Under the pieces are notes generated by a model. That model ran no database searches. It saw only the letters and a list, made by a program, of their open reading frames with translations, and had not been told where the DNA came from. The translations under genes and the position numbers were made by a program. From Candidatus Latescibacterota bacterium (GTDB taxonomy: Bacteria; JAAXHH01): 46,753 nucleotides of DNA. This document shows, piece after piece, positions 7,275-15,297 of the stretch; position 1 is the stretch's first letter; each line of letters begins with the position of its first letter. Where the stretch lies: positions 1 through 46,753 of the forward strand of contig JAJECR010000192.1 of NCBI GenBank assembly GCA_022821935.1, written 5' to 3'.

Positions 7275-9224
7275 TCACCGGGATTCGGGCAGGTCGATGC
7301 GGAGCCGGTCGCCGGGGTGAATGGCGCTGCGCCGGCTGAGTCCGTTGGCCCTTCGGAGCGCGCTGACGGTCACGTTATGGGACCGGGCGATAGCCCAGAG
7401 GGTGTCTCCCGGCCTGACCGTATAGGTGATGGCGTTCGATGCCACCGCGCCGCCCTCGCCGCGGGTCGTTCCGTCCCTTGCGGTGGATTCGCGGTCCGAG
7501 GTCGAAGCGCCGCCGGTCGAAGCGCCCTGTGACGCGCGGGGGAGATAGATCGTCAGCGTGCGGCCGGCGATGATGTCACCGGGGTTGTTCAGCTTGTTCC
7601 AGTCCTGCAGGTTCGCCATGGATACGCCGTACCGTCTGCTGATGCTCGCAAGCGTGTCTCCCCGCCTGATACGGTACGAGACGGCGCGGTGGGTCGAAGG
7701 ATCGGGGGGCGGAACGTCCCTGGGCTTCCGGTAGCGTATGGATCGATTCGCCAACCGGTTCGAGGAGCCGTACAACGGTATGGTGAGGACCTGTCCGATC
7801 CTCAGGCGATTCGGTCGGCGTATGTTGTTCTCGACGACGATATCCGCCGTCCGCACCCCGAAGCGGCGGGCTATGCGCCCCAGCGTATCGCCGCGCCTGA
7901 CCCTGTAGAACGTCAGGTCGGAGGGGTCCGGCCCCGGCGGTTCGATGCCGGCCCAGGAGGCGTAGGACCGGGTCGTACCCAGCGGCACCTTGAGATTGTA
8001 CCCGGACTCGGCCTTCCAGCGACGCAGTTCCGGATTGAGCCGGCGCAGCTGCTCGACGGGGATCTTCATACCCTCGGCCACTTCCTCCAGGACCATGAGT
8101 CTCGGAACCGGCACGGACTCGTGGATCAGCGGGAGGCCCCCCAGGGGTTCGAATCCGTACTCCTCCGGCGACTTGGAAATGATGGCCGCCGCCATGACGA
8201 AGGACACGAAGGGAATCGTCTGCCTGGGAAGTCTCATGTTCCACAGACTCAGGCCCTCGGCCCTGCGAAGGGGCGTCGAACCGGCGTGATGGGCCGCGAG
8301 TACGAGATCCCAACTGCCCAGTTCCAGGTAGAGATCTTTGAACCGCGCCGCCGCCGCCCGTGTCGACTTCTCCGGATCGTAGCGCTCGTCGATCTCGCCG
8401 CTTCGGGTCAGACCGTATCGTTCCGCGTCCTCCAGAGACAACCGCCACAGGCCCGCGCCGCCTTCCGGCGAGCGCGCACGGGGATCGAAACCGCTCTCGA
8501 CCATGGCGACATAGATCAGGTCGCCGGGCAGTCCCGATTTGGAGAGGATCGACTGGATCATGGCCCGGTAACTGTTCGTTCGACTCAACCAGGCGGTAAA
8601 AACATCGGACGCATCGTTCCTGAGGATGTGGATCGCATGCTTGACCCGGTCGTTGTAGCTGATGGGCACGTCGAATCGACCGAAATCGGGCCAGGGCGGC
8701 GCCGGCGCCGCGGCGCGCCCCGATCCTTCCAGGAAAGACGCGAGCAGGTCGAACCCGGCAACTCCGCTCTGCTCTTCCGCGTACGGATCAGTCGTTGAAC
8801 CTGAACCGGCCGCGGGTGCGCCGGTCGTTGAACCTGCATCCACCGCGGACCCGGCGGGTCTGAACGCGGATTCCGCGGCGGGATTCGCCGATGCGCTCGT
8901 ATCAGGCGCGTTCGAGGACGACAATAAAAAAACCGGCGCTGTGTTCAGTATAGCGTCGGTTGGCTTGTCTTCAAACGTGTGGGGCCCTGCGTAGAGGAAG
9001 GAAGGGAGCAGGACTAGGCAAAACAGACAGATCGGCAGCCGCCTTACAGAGCAGAGGCGACCGTTGGTCGGTATACTGCGAATGACTGTGCAGGTGGTGC
9101 TGAGCATAGTGAGCGCTGTATACGGATTGCCGACTTGGGTATTAAAGTGTATTACAACTCGACGGGACGTCCTGTACCCTGATCGATCACAAGGGACTGG
9201 CATTCGAGGCAAAGTCGCCGCCAT
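7275..9224 (-). CDS. MltD-like membrane-bound lytic murein transglycosylase with three C-terminal LysM domains
   Basis: SLT motif 'YVAMVESGFDPRARSPEGGAGLWRL'. Three LysM repeats: YRVRRGDTLGRIARRFG, YRIRRGDTLASISRRYG and YTVRPGDTLWAIARSHN. The start is uncertain. The maximal ORF begins 8 nt after the tRNA, and the ATG at 9107 (MLSTT..., followed by the hydrophobic LPICLFCLVLLPSFLYA) is an equally good start. Confidence 0.85.
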   Translation of the reverse strand: MAATLPRMPVPCDRSGYRTSRRVVIHFNTQVGNPYTALTMLSTTCTVIRSIPTNGRLCSVRRLPICLFCLVLLPSFLYAGPHTFEDKPTDAILNTAPVFLLSSSNAPDTSASANPAAESAFRPAGSAVDAGSTTGAPAAGSGSTTDPYAEEQSGVAGFDLLASFLEGSGRAAAPAPPWPDFGRFDVPISYNDRVKHAIHILRNDASDVFTAWLSRTNSYRAMIQSILSKSGLPGDLIYVAMVESGFDPRARSPEGGAGLWRLSLEDAERYGLTRSGEIDERYDPEKSTRAAAARFKDLYLELGSWDLVLAAHHAGSTPLRRAEGLSLWNMRLPRQTIPFVSFVMAAAIISKSPEEYGFEPLGGLPLIHESVPVPRLMVLEEVAEGMKIPVEQLRRLNPELRRWKAESGYNLKVPLGTTRSYASWAGIEPPGPDPSDLTFYRVRRGDTLGRIARRFGVRTADIVVENNIRRPNRLRIGQVLTIPLYGSSNRLANRSIRYRKPRDVPPPDPSTHRAVSYRIRRGDTLASISRRYGVSMANLQDWNKLNNPGDIIAGRTLTIYLPRASQGASTGGASTSDRESTARDGTTRGEGGAVASNAITYTVRPGDTLWAIARSHNVTVSALRRANGLSRRSAIHPGDRLRIDLPESR

Positions 9225-9231
9225 CGAATAG

Positions 9232-9304
9232 TGGAGCTGAGCGGGATCGAACCGCTGACCTCATGAATGCCATTCATGCGCTCTCCCAGCTGAGCTACAG
9301 CCCC
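9232..9304 (-). tRNA. tRNA-Ala, anticodon GGC, CCA not encoded
   Basis: The reverse complement GGGGCTGTAGCTCAGCTGGGAGAGCGCATGAATGGCATTCATGAGGTCAGCGGTTCGATCCCGCTCAGCTCCA folds as a 7/4/5/5 cloverleaf. It has the G3:U70 alanine identity pair. Anticodon loop is A-T-GGC-A-T and the T-loop is TTCGATC. Confidence 0.92.
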
Positions 9305-9315
9305 TGACGACGGTC

Positions 9316-9344
9316 AAGATAGGAACACACCCACAGGGTGTCAA
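9316..9344 (-). promoter_or_regulatory. Sigma70-type promoter for tRNA-Ala (TTGACA-17 nt-TATCTT)
   Basis: On the minus strand: TTGACAccctgtgggtgtgttccTATCTT. The -10 element ends 11 nt before the mature tRNA 5' end. Confidence 0.5.
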
Positions 9345-9454
9345 GTGAAAACAGGGTCGCCTGAGGAACCTGCCGCGGACGGCTCAAACCGTGTTTTATC
9401 GTGCCGGTACGGAATTGACTTGTAAGGACCGATTCCGGGGTTTAAAGTCTCTAT

Positions 9455-11053
9455 TTGCCGGGAAACGCAGACGGATTCCGGTACCGCGACCCGTGTCTGC
9501 CCGGGCCGAAAGAGCAACAGGGAAAAAGACGGGAACAGCAACAAATCTCCGCAAGGATCGGCAAAGGACGGCGAGCCGTGTCTAAAGTAAAAACCAGCCG
9601 GAGCCATCCACTTCGCATTGATCCGGTGCGTCCGGAGGAAGGCTTCGGCCGTATCGGAATCACCCTGTGTCCCGGCAAGACAGATCCCCGGGGGATCGCG
9701 GGTAACTGGGAGCGCGATCTGGACCTGGATCTCGATAAGGTCAGAAAATGGGGCGCGACGGCGGTTGTCAGCCTGATCACGCAGGAGGAGATACGGGATC
9801 TGAGAGTGCCCGGTCTTTCCAGGGCGGTCGCGGACCGCCACATGGAGTGGTGGCACCTGCCGATTTCAGACGGGCAGGCTCCTGGCGCTGATTTCGAGCA
9901 GGCATGGCGCGTGGCGGGACCGGCCATCAGAGACCGGCTCCGGCTCGGTTTCGACGTCCTCGTCCATTGCAAGGGAGGACTTGGCCGTGCGGGCACCCTG
10001 GCCGCCCGTCTCCTCGTGGAATTCGGGGCGACCCCGTCCGACGCGATGAATCGGGTTCGAGAAGCCCGGTCCTCCAACGCGATAGAAACCTCCAGCCAGG
10101 AGCGCTACGTGGCGCAGTGCGCGGCAGTGGCGGAGCCGCCTCCTTCCACGACCGCGAAGCGCATCCAGGACCGTGCCATCGGGGCTTTTCTCGGTCTCGC
10201 GGTGGGTGACGCGGTGGGCACGACACTCGAATTCCGGCCGCGCGACGTGCAGACGCGGTTGAAGGATATGGTGGGGGGAGGCCCCTTCGATCTGCCTGCC
10301 GGATCGTGGACGGACGACACGACCATGGCGTTGGCCCTTGCGGAAAGCCTGGCCGCATCAGAGACGCTGGACTGCCGGGACCTGATGGACCGTTTCGTCA
10401 GCTGGTGGCGGGACGGCGAATACTCCTGCACGGGCAGTTGCTTCGATATCGGGAATACCACAAGCGCGGCGCTCGCCCGATACGAGCGAACCGGAGATCC
10501 GATCGCCGGCTCGACCGACCCGCGCGCCTCGGGTAACGGTTCGCTGATGCGCCTCGCCCCGGTCGCCCTGCGCTTCTGGGACGACCGCGTCTTGCTTGAC
10601 GCCACCGCGGCTGAACAGTCCCGGACCACACACGGAACCGAAGAAGCGGTAGATGCGTGCCGTGCCTTTGCGGAAATGCTGGCGGACGCCATCGCCGGTT
10701 CGGCACGGGCGGACCTCCTCGCCCCGAGGCGTTTCGACGGGGCGCCGGCCGTCGCCCGGATCCTGGGCGGAAGCTGGCGTGGGCGGCCCCGAAACGAAAT
10801 CAGCTCAAGCGGGTACGTGATTGACACCCTCGAAGCCGCTATCTGGTCCATCGCCCGCACCGCCGACTACCGCAGCGCCGTACTCCTCGCGGCCAACCTG
10901 GCCGACGACGCCGACACAGTCGCCGCGGTGACGGGACAGCTCGCCGGCGCGCTTTACGGTCTCAGCGGGATTCCCGAAAGCTGGCTCGACCGGCTCGCCT
11001 GGAAGGACCGGCTGTTGGACGTGGCCCACCGCCTGTCCGGCAGGAACGCATAA
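9455..11053 (+). CDS. Two-domain protein: Cys-based PTP/dual-specificity phosphatase-like domain (CDKN3/KAP-like) fused to an ADP-ribosylglycohydrolase (ARH/DraG family) domain
   Basis: N-terminal domain has 'VLVHCKGGLGRAGTLAA', the HCxxGxxR(S/T) P-loop. C-terminal domain has 'GLAVGDAVGTTLEF', 'WTDDTTMALA', 'SGNGSLMRLAP' and 'DDADTVAAVTGQLAGALYG', which are ARH motifs. The start is uncertain: ATG at 9455 or in-frame GTG at 9578. Confidence 0.8.
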   Translation: MPGNADGFRYRDPCLPGPKEQQGKRREQQQISARIGKGRRAVSKVKTSRSHPLRIDPVRPEEGFGRIGITLCPGKTDPRGIAGNWERDLDLDLDKVRKWGATAVVSLITQEEIRDLRVPGLSRAVADRHMEWWHLPISDGQAPGADFEQAWRVAGPAIRDRLRLGFDVLVHCKGGLGRAGTLAARLLVEFGATPSDAMNRVREARSSNAIETSSQERYVAQCAAVAEPPPSTTAKRIQDRAIGAFLGLAVGDAVGTTLEFRPRDVQTRLKDMVGGGPFDLPAGSWTDDTTMALALAESLAASETLDCRDLMDRFVSWWRDGEYSCTGSCFDIGNTTSAALARYERTGDPIAGSTDPRASGNGSLMRLAPVALRFWDDRVLLDATAAEQSRTTHGTEEAVDACRAFAEMLADAIAGSARADLLAPRRFDGAPAVARILGGSWRGRPRNEISSSGYVIDTLEAAIWSIARTADYRSAVLLAANLADDADTVAAVTGQLAGALYGLSGIPESWLDRLAWKDRLLDVAHRLSGRNA

Positions 11054-11090
11054 CAGTAAAGTCCCGTCCGGGTCCCGCTCCAATTTGTGC

Positions 11091-11119
11091 TTGTAACGGG
11101 TTGCCCTCCGTGTTATAGT
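11091..11119 (+). promoter_or_regulatory. Candidate sigma70-type promoter (TTGTAA-17 nt-TATAGT) upstream of the DegT-like gene
   Basis: Hexamers and spacing were read directly. It lies 64 nt upstream of the ATG at 11183. Confidence 0.35.
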
Positions 11120-11182
11120 CCTGAATCCCGATTCAACCTTACCGCGATCCAGATCTGTATCCATCGTTGAGGCTTGACGTCC

Positions 11183-12448
11183 ATGGCGGAATCCCTGGCA
11201 ATAGATGGCGGAGTTCCAGTCCGCACGGCGGAATGGCCGCCCCTGATCCCCGGCGGTTCAATGTACGGGGAAGAAGAAAAACAGGCCGCCATTGAAGTCA
11301 TCGAAGCCCGTTCGCCTTTTCGGTACTACGGGATCGAGCCCCTCGGCAAGGTGGACCGTTTAGAAGCGGCCTACGCCCGTTACATCGGCACGCGCTTCGC
11401 CCTGGCCACCCACAGCGGCAGCACGGCCCTTTCCGTGGCGCTCGCCGCCCTCGACGTGGGACCCGGCACCGAAGTCATCATGCCGGCCTTCATGTGGATC
11501 GCCGACGTCAACGCCGTCGTCCATCTCAGGGCCGTGCCGGTGCTGGCCGACATCGACGACACCCTCAACCTGGATCCCAATGACATCGAACGGCATATCA
11601 CGCCCCGGACCCGGGCTATCGTCGCCGTACATATGGCGGGGACGGTCGCCGACGTGCCGTCCATCATGGAAATCGCGGACCGGCACGGGATCGCGGTTCT
11701 GGAGGACTGCTCCCAGGCCGCGGGCGCGAACATCGACGGCCGCCGCGTCGGGTCGATGGGAAGGGTGGGCGCCGTCAGCCTGCAGTACAACAAGAACTTC
11801 ACCACGGGCGAGGGCGGCATGATTACGACGGATGACGAAGGGGTCTTCCGGCGTGCCGTGTGCTACCACGATACGGGTTTCGAACGGGATATCGAAGGCG
11901 TTTCCACCGGGGAGGACTCCCTGTTCGAGACCTTTGGCATGGGGGTCCGCATGGACGAACTCCGCGGCGCGCTGGGTCTGGTCCAGCTGGACAAGCTGCC
12001 CGTCATCCTGGCAGGCATGCGCCGCCACCATGTCCGTTTGCGGGAGACCCTCGGCAAGACGCCGGGCATCCAGCTCCGTCGCATCGTGGATCCCGAGGGC
12101 GACAGCGGGGCCTATTTCACCTGGATTCATAAATCGGCCGGCGACGCAGCGCGTTTCACCTCGGCCATTCGCGCGGAGGGCATCCCGGTGGGCGAACCCC
12201 ACGGCGGCATCCACCAGTATCGCTATATGTCCAACCTGTTGAAGAAAGTGCCGGTCACGACGGCGGGATGTCCGTGGACCTGTCCGTTCAACGCCGAGAG
12301 CCCGATGGAATACCGGGCCGGCATGCTGCCGCGCAGCGACGACCTGCTGGACCGGGCGCGCATACTGCCCCTGCCGGCGCAACTGACGGATGAGGACGTG
12401 GACGACGTGATCCGTGCGTTCCGCAAGGTGGCGCGGGCGGTGTTGTAG
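11183..12448 (+). CDS. DegT/DnrJ/EryC1/StrS-family PLP-dependent (sugar) aminotransferase
   Basis: 'HSGSTALSVALAAL', 'VIMPAFMW', 'AIVAVHMAG', 'LEDCSQAAGA' and 'SLQYNKNFTTGEGGMITTDD' (PLP lysine). The ATG at 11183 is preferred over the TTG at 11174. Confidence 0.85.
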   Translation: MAESLAIDGGVPVRTAEWPPLIPGGSMYGEEEKQAAIEVIEARSPFRYYGIEPLGKVDRLEAAYARYIGTRFALATHSGSTALSVALAALDVGPGTEVIMPAFMWIADVNAVVHLRAVPVLADIDDTLNLDPNDIERHITPRTRAIVAVHMAGTVADVPSIMEIADRHGIAVLEDCSQAAGANIDGRRVGSMGRVGAVSLQYNKNFTTGEGGMITTDDEGVFRRAVCYHDTGFERDIEGVSTGEDSLFETFGMGVRMDELRGALGLVQLDKLPVILAGMRRHHVRLRETLGKTPGIQLRRIVDPEGDSGAYFTWIHKSAGDAARFTSAIRAEGIPVGEPHGGIHQYRYMSNLLKKVPVTTAGCPWTCPFNAESPMEYRAGMLPRSDDLLDRARILPLPAQLTDEDVDDVIRAFRKVARAVL

Positions 12449-12558
12449 GATCGAGGGCTGGTCTGGGGCGATTTCAGCCGACCGGCCGTCGTCGTTCCTG
12501 TCGGTCAGGCGACTATTCGAACTTTGCATGTGTGCGATGCGCGTATCTTGCGCGTCTA

Positions 12559-12677
12559 TTGCAGCCGTACCGTGTTGCAGCCGTGCCGTGCGCGTTTGTT
12601 GCTAGTTCATCTCATCAAGTAAACCGACAGTAAACCGAACACGCACCGTTCGGTCGATACACGCACCGTTCGGTCGA
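12559..12677. repeat. Cluster of three tandem direct-repeat pairs in the intergenic region upstream of the class-V gene
   Basis: TTGCAGCCGTRCCGTG x2 at 12559-12574 and 12575-12590. GTAAACCGA x2 at 12619-12627 and 12630-12638. A perfect 19-mer, ACACGCACCGTTCGGTCGA, x2 at 12639-12657 and 12659-12677. Confidence 0.9.
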
Positions 12678-12710
12678 ACATTTAACCGGAACAACCAGGG
12701 GAGCACACGC

Positions 12711-13898
12711 ATGAGCGAAGCTTCGACCCCGGTACGGCCGGACCCGCTGCCCGCCCCGGACGACGCCTTCTGGAAGGCAATCCGCCGCGACCAGTTCTAT
12801 CTCGAACCCGATATCGCCTTTCTCCAGGGCGGTTCCGTCGGACCGTCTCCCAAGCCGGTCGTGGACCGGGTGACCGAGGCCATGCGGGCCTTCGACAGCG
12901 ATCCCCTGAAACACCAGCAGCAGTACTGGCCGATCGTCGAGGAATCCCGGGAAAAGCTTGCTCGATTCGTGGGTACCCGGCCGGAGCGCATCGCCCTGGT
13001 ACAGAATACCACCATGGCCCTGAGCGTCTTCGCCCAGGGCGTGACCTGGAAGGTGGGCGGCGAGATCCTGATGACGGACCAGGAGTACGGCGCGGTGAAC
13101 GCCTGCTTCGACTACATCGCCGAGCGCCACGGCCTCACCGTGAGGCGCGTTCACCTGCCCATGGAGATCAACGACCAGCAGCAGATCATAGATGTATTCA
13201 GGGACGGGATGAACGAGAAAACGGCGGCGGTGGTCTTCGGCCACGTGTACTGGTCGACCGGTCTCGTGACGCCGGTGAAGGAACTGACCGAAATCGGACG
13301 AAGTCAAGGTATCTGGGTCGTCGTGGACGGCGCCCACGCCGTCAGCATGGTACCGTTGCGCCTGGACGAATGGAACCCCCATTTCTACGCGTCCAGCCTC
13401 CACAAGTGGACTTTGTCGCCCAAGGGCACGGGCATGCTCTTCGTATCGGACGACGCCCACGACCGGGTGGAGCCGCTCATCCTGGGTTCCAGCGCCCACC
13501 CAAACCCCAACGCGAGCCGATTCGACATGATGGGCACCCGGGACCAGACGCCCTTCATCGGTCTGGGCACGGCGCTGGATTTCCAGCAGGAGATCGGCTG
13601 GGACCATATCCGTGCCTACTGCCGGGGTCTGGTCGATTACATGCGGGAGCGATTGGGACGTATCCGGGGCGTGCGCTTCCTGACGCCGCGGGACCCCGAA
13701 ATGTCCGGGTTCATCACGACCTTCACCATTGAAGGGGCCGATCTCCAGAAGATCCGGCAGGAATTGTGGGACGACGAGCAGATCGAGACCGTGGCCTTTC
13801 ATATCAACGAAGTGCCCGTGTTCCGTATTTCCACCCATTTCTACAACAGTCGGGAGGAAATCGACCGGATGGTCCGGGCCATCGAGCGGCGGTTGTAG
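12711..13898 (+). CDS. Class-V aminotransferase-fold PLP enzyme (isopenicillin-N-epimerase / cysteine-desulfurase-like)
   Basis: 'VVDGAHAV' and 'SSLHKWTLSPKGTGMLFV' (class-V PLP-lysine motif HKW..PKG). 395 aa. Confidence 0.85.
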   Translation: MSEASTPVRPDPLPAPDDAFWKAIRRDQFYLEPDIAFLQGGSVGPSPKPVVDRVTEAMRAFDSDPLKHQQQYWPIVEESREKLARFVGTRPERIALVQNTTMALSVFAQGVTWKVGGEILMTDQEYGAVNACFDYIAERHGLTVRRVHLPMEINDQQQIIDVFRDGMNEKTAAVVFGHVYWSTGLVTPVKELTEIGRSQGIWVVVDGAHAVSMVPLRLDEWNPHFYASSLHKWTLSPKGTGMLFVSDDAHDRVEPLILGSSAHPNPNASRFDMMGTRDQTPFIGLGTALDFQQEIGWDHIRAYCRGLVDYMRERLGRIRGVRFLTPRDPEMSGFITTFTIEGADLQKIRQELWDDEQIETVAFHINEVPVFRISTHFYNSREEIDRMVRAIERRL

Positions 13899-13933
13899 AC
13901 CCGGGATCCTAAGCCATCGAGCGGCGGCTGTAG
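13878..13933. repeat. Duplication of the last 21 nt of the class-V gene, including its stop codon, 35 nt downstream
   Basis: GCCATCGAGCGGCGGTTGTAG at 13878-13898 and GCCATCGAGCGGCGGCTGTAG at 13913-13933. 20 of 21 positions match. Confidence 0.9.
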
Positions 13934-13949
13934 GGAAAGGTGAGATTAA

Positions 13950-15005
13950 ATGACCGATGAACATGGATTCATCACGCGTTCCATCCACGCGGGCGAGGCG
14001 GAGAACGCGTCGGCCACGCCGATCTACCAGGCGGCGACGGTGGACGGAGCCTACCTGCGGGGGGGCAATCCCACCTTCACGGCCTTCGAGGAGAAAATGT
14101 GCGCGCTTGAAGGCGGGGGACGCAGCATCGCGACCGCCTGCGGTATGGCATCGGTCACCCAGGCCGTGATGACGCTTATTCGGGCGGGTTCCCGGATCGT
14201 TTGCCACCAGACCGCATACACCTGGACCAGGCACTTCATGTCCGAAGAACTGCCCCGGCTCGGTTTCGATACCGAAATGATAGACATGCGGGACCCGAAG
14301 CAGGTCGACGCGGCCCTCGAGAAGCCCACCGACGTGGCATATTTCGAGCCCCTGTCCAATCCCTCGCTGGACATCATCGACGCGCCCGCGGTGATCCGCA
14401 AGGCCCACGCGGCCGGCGCGAAAGTCGTGATCGACAACACCTTCCTGTCCCCCCATCTCTTCCGCCCGATCGATCACGGCGCGGACGTAGTGCTCCACAG
14501 CGCCACCAAGTATCTTTGCGGGCACGGCGACGCGCTGGCCGGCATCATCACGACCCGCGACCCGGACCTGGGCGAGCAGATCCTGCGCACAAGGAACACC
14601 TACGGGGGTATTCTCAGCCCATTGAACGCCTTCCTCCTGCTTCGCGGGATCAAGACACTCTCCATCCGCATGGACCGCCACGTCATGAACGCCCGCGCCG
14701 TGGCGGAGTTCCTCGAGTCCCACCCCCGGGTTAAACGGACTTACTATCCCGGGCTGCCCTCCACGCCCGGTCACGAGATCGCCCGGTCGCAGTGGGCCGG
14801 GTACGGCGGGATGGTGAGTTTCGAACTCGCCGAAATGCCTATCGAACAGTTTTTCAACAAAGTCCGCCTTTGCCGGCCCTGGGTAAGCCTGGGCGACGTG
14901 GGCTCGCTCGTTGCCGGCGATCCCGCCGGCCAACGGGTGCGAATGTCCGTCGGCCTCGAAGACACCGACGACATCATCCGGGATCTCGAGCAGGCGCTGG
15001 GATGA
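13950..15005 (+). CDS. Cys/Met-metabolism PLP enzyme (cystathionine gamma-synthase / beta-lyase / methionine gamma-lyase family), short form
   Basis: 'VVIDNTFLSP' and 'VLHSATKYLCGHGDALAGII' (PLP-lysine motif SxTKYxxGHxD). 351 aa. Confidence 0.85.
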   Translation: MTDEHGFITRSIHAGEAENASATPIYQAATVDGAYLRGGNPTFTAFEEKMCALEGGGRSIATACGMASVTQAVMTLIRAGSRIVCHQTAYTWTRHFMSEELPRLGFDTEMIDMRDPKQVDAALEKPTDVAYFEPLSNPSLDIIDAPAVIRKAHAAGAKVVIDNTFLSPHLFRPIDHGADVVLHSATKYLCGHGDALAGIITTRDPDLGEQILRTRNTYGGILSPLNAFLLLRGIKTLSIRMDRHVMNARAVAEFLESHPRVKRTYYPGLPSTPGHEIARSQWAGYGGMVSFELAEMPIEQFFNKVRLCRPWVSLGDVGSLVAGDPAGQRVRMSVGLEDTDDIIRDLEQALG

Positions 15006-15297
15006 CGACATCTCCCACAGACGCCGGCTTTCCGCGACCGGATTCCTTCCATCGGCTTCCCGCCTCAGCCATCACTACGACTTGATACAGATCGAATAGT
15101 GCGCAACGGGAACGGCCAGAAGGCGACCTGCGTCCAACAGATCACTGCGGGAACCGCCGGCATGCGGTGCGCGTTCAATGGAGCAACTGAGAGGGGACCG
15201 GCAGCACGCAGCACGCAGTACGCGTCCTGCATATTCATCCGGCAGCGAGAGACCGGGAGTTAAACAGAAGCCACGACCGTCAAGGAGGAGCCATTAA

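Noticed and set aside
7087-7278. 63-aa minus-strand ORF in the mltD-sppA spacer
   Set aside because: It overlaps the mltD stop, has no SD, and its sequence (EDRVCPSQEDRVRPSK) only reflects translation of the 24-bp-period direct repeat.
13901-13910. CCCGGGATCC (overlapping SmaI/BamHI sites) resembling a cloning polylinker
   Set aside because: Both hexamers are expected often in DNA of this G+C content, and GGATCC and CCCGGG recur elsewhere in the window. No vector-like sequence flanks it.
12615-15011. 798-aa ORF on the minus strand spanning two annotated genes
   Set aside because: It is antisense to two + strand genes that carry unambiguous PLP-lysine motifs (HKW..PKG and SATKYLCGHGD). The minus-strand translation is Arg/Gly/His/Pro-rich with no recognisable motif. 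This is the typical stop-poor antisense frame of high-G+C DNA.
15095-15170. Cobalamin-riboswitch-like fragments (AACGGGAAC, GCCAGAAGGCGACCTGCG, CACTGCGGGAA) upstream of the creatininase-family gene
   Set aside because: The elements occur in the wrong order relative to the cobalamin riboswitch consensus, where the GGGAA junction precedes the B12 box (CACUG) and the AGCCAGGAGACCUGCC element comes last. No convincing P1 helix closes them. A covariance-model scan would be needed to revive this call.
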